20,000 nt of DNA from Chiloscyllium plagiosum. Its lineage: Eukaryota. Positions 19,962 to 20,000 of this stretch are shown piece after piece; positions within the stretch are counted from its first letter, which is position 1; every line of letters begins with the position of its first letter. Location of the stretch: the NCBI RefSeq assembly GCF_004010195.1, contig NC_057755.1, positions 589,453-609,452 of the forward strand. Direction: 5' to 3'. Under the pieces are notes generated by a model. It did no database searches, was not told where the DNA came from, and worked only from the letters and a program-made list of their open reading frames with translations. The translations under genes were made by a program, and so were the position numbers.

Positions 19962-20000
19962 AGAACATAGAACATAGAACAATACAGCACAGACAGGCCC
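19960..20000 (-). mobile_element. 3' tail of a CR1-type LINE or CR1-mobilised SINE, continuing off the right edge
   Basis: Minus strand reads gggcctgtctgtgctgtatt(gttctat)x3, a typical terminal motif followed by a short tandem tail. Confidence 0.75.

Noticed and set aside
1..20000. CRISPR array, rRNA, genuine tRNA or prokaryotic operon
   Set aside because: I saw no regularly spaced repeat-spacer units or RNA gene signatures. The sequence is vertebrate-type intronic and intergenic DNA, and the only tRNA-like part is a decayed SINE head.

Overview
Eukaryotic, repeat-rich DNA. The repeat types and receptor family point to a cartilaginous fish (shark); this is an inference. The window holds a tandem pair of GPR139-like orphan class A GPCR loci on the + strand. 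One is an apparently intact two-exon gene: exon 1 at 14355-14421 (missed by the ORF track), a 3198-nt phase-1 intron, and exon 2 at 17620-18476, giving about 307 aa. The other is an upstream pseudogene copy (exon 2 remnant about 6810-7637) with a lost splice acceptor, frameshifts, stops and a Tx1-like LINE at its 3' end. Homology between the two copies extends through the intron, so individual retroelement insertions can be ordered relative to the duplication. Most of the remainder is decayed non-LTR retrotransposons: a CR1 5' end with an open Zn-finger/coiled-coil/esterase ORF1, many CR1 ORF2/3' fragments, a 5'-truncated Penelope-like GIY-YIG element, a tRNA-derived SINE and microsatellites. 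Four minimal hammerhead-ribozyme-like motifs of the Penelope type are visible, and only the one at about 1468-1503 keeps an intact core. I see no prokaryote-type system such as CRISPR or an operon. All alignments were made by eye, so repeat boundaries are approximate.
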